From an uncultured Bacilli bacterium (GTDB lineage: Bacteria; Bacillota_I; Bacilli_A; RF39; UBA660): a stretch of 64,000 nt of DNA. Made by a program: the position numbers and the translations under genes. Positions 59,205 to 64,000 of this stretch are shown here, piece after piece (within the stretch, counting starts at the first letter, position 1; every line of letters begins with the position of its first letter). The stretch lies in assembly GCA_934168005.1 (NCBI GenBank), contig CAKPMN010000002.1, forward strand, positions 13,876 through 77,875. Direction: 5' to 3'. The notes under the pieces were generated by a model that saw nothing but the letters and a program-made list of their open reading frames with translations, was not told the DNA's origin and ran no database searches.

Positions 59205-59810
59205 TTAAAAGTTTAAACCATATGTCTTATAGTTATTGTAACTATGATTAAACATATGATAAGTAATAGGAAGTATTAAAATAACTTCAATAATCATTCC
59301 AAACAAAATCAAATTAGATAAGACATAATCTTTCATGAAAAGTATTATTAGCGATAGCAGTAGAGCACTAATAAAAGCTTTTCTTTTTTTTAGTAAACGT
59401 TTTTCCAATCTAATTATAGGAGCCTTTTTTGTATCTGCGGGTGCATATATGAATATACATATTAGACAGATACAAATAAGAAGAAATTTTAAAATTATTG
59501 ATATTTTGATGATTTTCCCAATATAAGAAGAAAAAAGAAACAAAGCAGAAGAAGCAATCAAACAACTAAAGCTATTAGAAGCATGCATTCCACATGCATA
59601 TTTTCTTATGAGGTTAAATGCTATTAAAACAATTATGAGCTCTTTAAATATTCCAAGCAATAATGCTATTGGAAATATAACAATAGTTTTTTGTATTGTT
59701 AAGTAAACTCCTTCCAATCCGTATCGATATTCATCAAGTTCAACATCAGTAATATTTGGATTATCATTTTTAATGACCCCAAGAGCCATTGATAAAAATT
59801 TCAACTTCAT
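59205..59810 (-). CDS. agrB: AgrB accessory gene regulator protein B (AIP-processing membrane peptidase); probable start at internal Met MKLKFLSM
   Basis: Polytopic membrane protein with AgrB-family conserved region (KYACGMHASNSFSCLIAS). Confidence 0.75.
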   Translation of the reverse strand: MKLKFLSMALGVIKNDNPNITDVELDEYRYGLEGVYLTIQKTIVIFPIALLLGIFKELIIVLIAFNLIRKYACGMHASNSFSCLIASSALFLFSSYIGKIIKISIILKFLLICICLICIFIYAPADTKKAPIIRLEKRLLKKRKAFISALLLSLIILFMKDYVLSNLILFGMIIEVILILPITYHMFNHSYNNYKTYGLNF

Positions 59811-60014
59811 CCTATCACCAAAAACATAGTAACACAAAAAATTTTTATAATTACGATATCGGTCTCTAATGTAAAAAAGCAAGTTTCAATTGAAAAAACA
59901 AATAAATAAAATTAAAAAAATATACATTTAAGACATAAATATTAACGTTTCGAACAAATCCTATTGTTAACTCAAAATAAAATTGGTATATTTATTAAAT
60001 CAAGGAGGTACACC

Positions 60015-60263
60015 GTGGTAGGGAAAGTAAAATGGTTTAATGATAGAAAAGGATATGGATTTCTAACAAACGAAAAAAACGAAGACATATTTGTTCATTT
60101 TACCACAATAAAATCAGAAGGTCATAGAACACTTATTCAAGGCGAGAAAGTTGAATTTACTTTAGTTGAAACAGAAAGAGGACTACAAGCAAAAAACGTT
60201 GTTGAAAAATCTGTTATTAGAGACTTAGATGAAGAATCCTGTGAATTAAGCAAGGAGCTATAA
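60015..60263 (+). CDS. csp: Cold-shock protein (CspA family) with short C-terminal extension, GTG start
   Basis: GKVKWFNDRKGYGFL (RNP1) and VHFT (RNP2-like). GGAGGT RBS 5 nt upstream of GTG. Confidence 0.85.
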   Translation: MVGKVKWFNDRKGYGFLTNEKNEDIFVHFTTIKSEGHRTLIQGEKVEFTLVETERGLQAKNVVEKSVIRDLDEESCELSKEL

Positions 60264-60331
60264 ATTCATAAGGATTTTTTTATTGAAAAAAATAAAAAAT
60301 ATGATATACTTAAAGTAGAAAGGATGATCTT

Positions 60332-60859
60332 ATGAAAATGAATATTCGTGGCAGTAAATTAGATGTAACATCTGCCATCCAAACATATGCTGAAAAGAAA
60401 ATAAGTAAACTAGACAAATACTTTTCTAATTCAGAAGAATTAACAGCAAATGTTTTAATTAAAACACATGGAGAAAGGCAAATTGTAGAAGTTACAATAC
60501 CAGCTAACAGAATGATTTTAAGGGCAGAAGAGTCAAGCGATGACTTATATAAGTCAATAGATTTAGTCTCAGAAAAACTTGAAAGACAAATCAGAAAAAA
60601 TAAAACAAGAATGAAACAAAAACGAAATATTCCAAATGTAACTATGTTTGTAGACTTTGATACAGAAGAAGAACAATCAGAAGAAATGGTTACAAAAAGA
60701 AAAGTTGTTGATTCAAAACCAATGAGCGAAGAAGAAGCTATTCTTCAAATGAATTTAATAGGACACGATTTCTTCATTTTTAGAAATGTTGATACAACAA
60801 CAGACTGTGTTATCTATAGAAGAAAAGCAGGAGATTATGGATTAATAGAAATAAAGTGA
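60332..60859 (+). CDS. hpf: Ribosome hibernation promoting factor (long HPF)
   Basis: MNIRGSKLDVTSAIQTYAEKKISKLDKYF and C-terminal dimerisation domain. Upstream of secA as usual in Firmicutes. Confidence 0.9.
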   Translation: MKMNIRGSKLDVTSAIQTYAEKKISKLDKYFSNSEELTANVLIKTHGERQIVEVTIPANRMILRAEESSDDLYKSIDLVSEKLERQIRKNKTRMKQKRNIPNVTMFVDFDTEEEQSEEMVTKRKVVDSKPMSEEEAILQMNLIGHDFFIFRNVDTTTDCVIYRRKAGDYGLIEIK

Positions 60860-60905
60860 TATAATCACTTTTTTTCTTTATAATGCTATTATTTTTCATA
60901 TATTT

Positions 60906-63428
60906 TTGATAAAATATAACTTGTGGAAGGTGATAAAATTGAAATTTTTAAAAAAGATTTTTAATACAGAATACAAAGAATTAGAAAAATTTAAGAAACT
61001 TGCAAATGAAGTTATAAGTATAGATGATGAATATAGTAAATTAACAGATGAAGAATTAAAACATAAAACTATAGAATTTAAAGAAAGATTAAATAATGGA
61101 GAAACATTAGATGATATAAAAGTAGAAGCTTTTGCAACAGTAAGAGAAGCTGCCTATAGAGTTATAAAAGAGAAACCTTTCTTTGTTCAAATAGTAGGTG
61201 GTTTTGCAATTCATGAAGGTAATATAGCAGAAATGCGTACTGGTGAAGGTAAGACCTTAACATCAACAATGCCAGCATATTTAAATGCATTAACAGGTGA
61301 AGGGGTACATATAATCACTGTAAATGAATATCTAGCTGGTCGTGATGCAGCTTGGATGGGAGAAATATATCGTTTCTTAGGATTAACCGTTGGAGTAAAC
61401 TATAGAGAATTATCTCCAAAAGAAAAACAAGAAGTTTATAATGCAGATATAACATACACAACAAATAATGAAGTTGGTTTTGACTACCTAAGAGATAATA
61501 TGGTTGTAAAAGCATCAGATCGTGTTCAACGACCACTTAATTATGCAATAATTGATGAAGTTGACTCAATTTTAATTGATGAAGCAAGAACACCACTTAT
61601 TATTTCAGGTGGAAGAGTTGATTCAGCAAACCTATATATTGATACTGATAAATTTGTAAAAACATTAAAAGAAAATAATGGTTATATTTATGATGAAAAA
61701 ACAAAAACAGTAACATTAGATGATGACGGAATGAAAAAAGGTGAAAGTTATTTCAAGGTAGATAATTTATATGATATAAATAATACAAACTTAGTTCATT
61801 TTATAAATCAAGCATTAAAAGCAAATTATGCCATGAAGCGTGATGTAGACTATGTTGTAAAAGATGGAAGAGTAGTTATTGTAGACCAATTTACAGGAAG
61901 ATTAATGGAAGGAAGAAGTTTTTCTGATGGATTACATCAAGCAATAGAAGCAAAAGAAGGCGTAGAAATTCAAAGTGAAATGAGAACACTTGCCACTATA
62001 ACATTCCAAAACTTATTTAGAATGTATAAAAAGTTAGCTGGTATGACAGGTACTGCAAAAACAGAAGAAGAAGAGTTTAGAGATATATACAACATGTATG
62101 TTATACAAATTCCAACAAATAAACCAGTTGCAAGAATTGACTATGGAGATTTAATATTTACAACTCAAAAAGGTAAATATAAAGCTATAATAAATGAAAT
62201 TAAAGAACGTCATAAAACTGGTCAACCAGTACTAGTTGGAACAATTGCTGTAGAAACAAGTGAACTTCTAAGCTCAATGCTAAAAAAAGAAGGAATTAAG
62301 CATGAAGTATTAAATGCTAAAAATCATGCAAGAGAAGCAGAAATAATAGCTCAAGCTGGTAAAAAAGGTGCAGTAACAATTGCAACAAATATGGCTGGTC
62401 GTGGTACAGATATAAAAATAGATGATGAAGTTAGAGCTTTAGGCGGACTATTTGTTATTGGTACTGAAAGACATGAATCAAGACGTATAGATAACCAATT
62501 AAGAGGTCGTTCAGGTCGTCAAGGAGATCCTGGTGAATCACAATTCTGTGTATCATTTGAAGATGAATTAATGGTAAGATTTGGGGGAGACAGAGCAAAA
62601 GCTGCTTTAGCACGTGTAGGAGCAGACGAAGATATGTCATTAAGACTAGGCTTTGTTTCTAAATCAGTGGAATCAGCTCAAAAAAGAATTGAAGGTAATA
62701 ACTTTGATGCTAGAAAGAATTTGCTTCAATATGATGATGTAGTAAATCAACAAAGAGAATACATATATGAAAGAAGAAATGAAATACTAGATTCAGAATC
62801 AATTCATGATATTGTTATAGATACAATTAAGAACTTTATATGTAGTTTTGTAGAAAACCATATAGCTCCAGAAAATACATTAACAGAAGACGATCTAAAT
62901 GAAATATTAGAATACACAAATGAACATTTATTAAAAAACAAATTATCTATTAGTGATTTAGAATCAAAGGGAATAGAAGAAGTAGAAGTTACAATAATAG
63001 ATAGAGTTTTAAAAGAATATGAAGATAAATTAAGCAAGATACCCACAGATGTAGCAAATGAATTTGAAAAAGCTATAATGTTAAGAGTAATAGATACTAG
63101 ATGGACAAATCATATAAGTACAATGTCTAATTTAAGAGAAGGTATAGGATTACGTGGTTATAGCGAAAACCCACTACGAGCATACACAGTTGAAGGATAT
63201 GAATTATATGAAAATCTACTTGATTCAATAGATCAAGAAGTTACATTATTTTTACTTAATGCAGAAATAAGACAAAATATAGAAAGAAAACAAGTTATTA
63301 AAGGAGAAGCTGTAAACGATTCAACAAAGTTAAAAAAAGCCGCACCAAAAAGAACTAATAAAATAGGTAGAAATGACCCATGTCCTTGTGGCTCAGGAAA
63401 AAAATATAAGCAATGTTGTGGCAAGTAG
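60906..63428 (+). CDS. secA: Preprotein translocase ATPase SecA (true start possibly TTG at about 60939)
   Basis: DEAD-like motifs and C-terminal zinc finger CPCGSGKKYKQCCG. Confidence 0.95.
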   Translation: MIKYNLWKVIKLKFLKKIFNTEYKELEKFKKLANEVISIDDEYSKLTDEELKHKTIEFKERLNNGETLDDIKVEAFATVREAAYRVIKEKPFFVQIVGGFAIHEGNIAEMRTGEGKTLTSTMPAYLNALTGEGVHIITVNEYLAGRDAAWMGEIYRFLGLTVGVNYRELSPKEKQEVYNADITYTTNNEVGFDYLRDNMVVKASDRVQRPLNYAIIDEVDSILIDEARTPLIISGGRVDSANLYIDTDKFVKTLKENNGYIYDEKTKTVTLDDDGMKKGESYFKVDNLYDINNTNLVHFINQALKANYAMKRDVDYVVKDGRVVIVDQFTGRLMEGRSFSDGLHQAIEAKEGVEIQSEMRTLATITFQNLFRMYKKLAGMTGTAKTEEEEFRDIYNMYVIQIPTNKPVARIDYGDLIFTTQKGKYKAIINEIKERHKTGQPVLVGTIAVETSELLSSMLKKEGIKHEVLNAKNHAREAEIIAQAGKKGAVTIATNMAGRGTDIKIDDEVRALGGLFVIGTERHESRRIDNQLRGRSGRQGDPGESQFCVSFEDELMVRFGGDRAKAALARVGADEDMSLRLGFVSKSVESAQKRIEGNNFDARKNLLQYDDVVNQQREYIYERRNEILDSESIHDIVIDTIKNFICSFVENHIAPENTLTEDDLNEILEYTNEHLLKNKLSISDLESKGIEEVEVTIIDRVLKEYEDKLSKIPTDVANEFEKAIMLRVIDTRWTNHISTMSNLREGIGLRGYSENPLRAYTVEGYELYENLLDSIDQEVTLFLLNAEIRQNIERKQVIKGEAVNDSTKLKKAAPKRTNKIGRNDPCPCGSGKKYKQCCGK

Positions 63429-63516
63429 TAGGAAATATAAGGGCTTGTGAGATTTATAAAAATTAAAAAATTGATAAAAATGGCCAATTATTGTCCAAAA
63501 AAGCAATTTTGTGTGC

Positions 63517-63555
63517 AAAATGTGTGCATAAATAAAAAAACTATGCACACATTTT
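63517..63555. terminator. 14-bp-stem hairpin AAAATGTGTGCATA-loop-TATGCACACATTTT downstream of secA
   Basis: Perfect inverted repeat with 11-nt loop. No clear T-tract, so may also serve as a protein-binding site. Confidence 0.35.
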
Positions 63556-64000
63556 ATAAAAACCTTTATTTATAATGATTTAAGCTATGTAAAAAAATAA
63601 ATTTATAATAAAATTTTATGTGATGAAGTAGTATTATGTCACTTTAGAGGGATAATACTGTTTTTTAGTAGTAAGGAGTGAAAAAAATGTTTAATTCAAA
63701 GAAAATATGGATAAAAAGATTAGACAAAGTAATGTTATGAAAAATCCAATTACACTTATCATAGAAGATAATGAAAGAGATAATAATTTAATTAGTTATC
63801 GTAAATATGGAAGTGAAGAAACTTACTCAATGTCTATTGATGAATTTATAGAATTTATGAAACAAGAAATAAAAAAAGATAAGAGGTGTGATAATGGAAT
63901 ATATTATTAGAAAAAAAGAGTTAAAAGATTGTGAAGATTGGATTAATGTAAATATTTCTAGTTGGAATGATAACTTGAAAGGGATAGTATCTGATAAATT

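Noticed and set aside
59811-59963. Looked for AgrA/LytTR direct-repeat boxes (9-bp repeats with 12-bp spacer) in the agrB-csp intergenic region
   Set aside because: Only weak half-site resemblance was found (AGTTAACAA ... ACGTTAAT on the agrB strand) with about 25-bp rather than 21-bp spacing. This is not convincing by eye and needs a PWM scan.

Overview
Low-GC Firmicutes chromosomal window, Clostridia-like. The murA–spoIID–M23(spoIIQ-like)–spoIIID–mbl and rplM–rpsI–ybaJ-like–cwlD synteny resembles Peptostreptococcaceae/Clostridioides. Most of the window is core housekeeping and sporulation genes: cotJB/cotJC, rubrerythrin, typA, truA, rplM, rpsI, cwlD, htrA, yvcK, whiA, rplI, dnaB, rlmH, ldh, spoIIR, fba, murA, rpmE, rpiB, mscL, spoIID, spoIIID, mbl, hpf, secA and a Ca-ATPase. 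There are nine tRNA genes: tRNA-His on the minus strand and an eight-gene cluster at 10.27-11.18 kb. Several accessory elements are interspersed. (1) A single-gene insertion next to tRNA-His encodes a 769-aa Mrr-like nuclease / P-loop NTPase fusion, bracketed by a duplicated 34-bp terminator hairpin; this is a candidate single-protein defence module. (2) A 1549-aa membrane-anchored glycine-rich protein is built from four near-identical 1020-bp tandem repeats. It sits divergent from a small XRE regulator, and the shared intergenic region carries three AAAACA-N3-TGTTTT palindromes. (3) An Abi_2 (AbiD/F-like) gene is wedged between cwlD and htrA. (4) A pair of ABC-ATPase-like genes with degenerate catalytic motifs sits at the ecfA1/ecfA2 position upstream of truA, with no ecfT. 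(5) An ARE-like ABC-F gene lies next to an XRE regulator with a palindromic operator. (6) A compact UvrD-like helicase has a C-terminal zinc ribbon. (7) An agr quorum-sensing locus has convergent agrAC and agrDB genes; its 39-aa agrD is missing from the ORF track. All calls rest on motif recognition by eye; no database searches were run.
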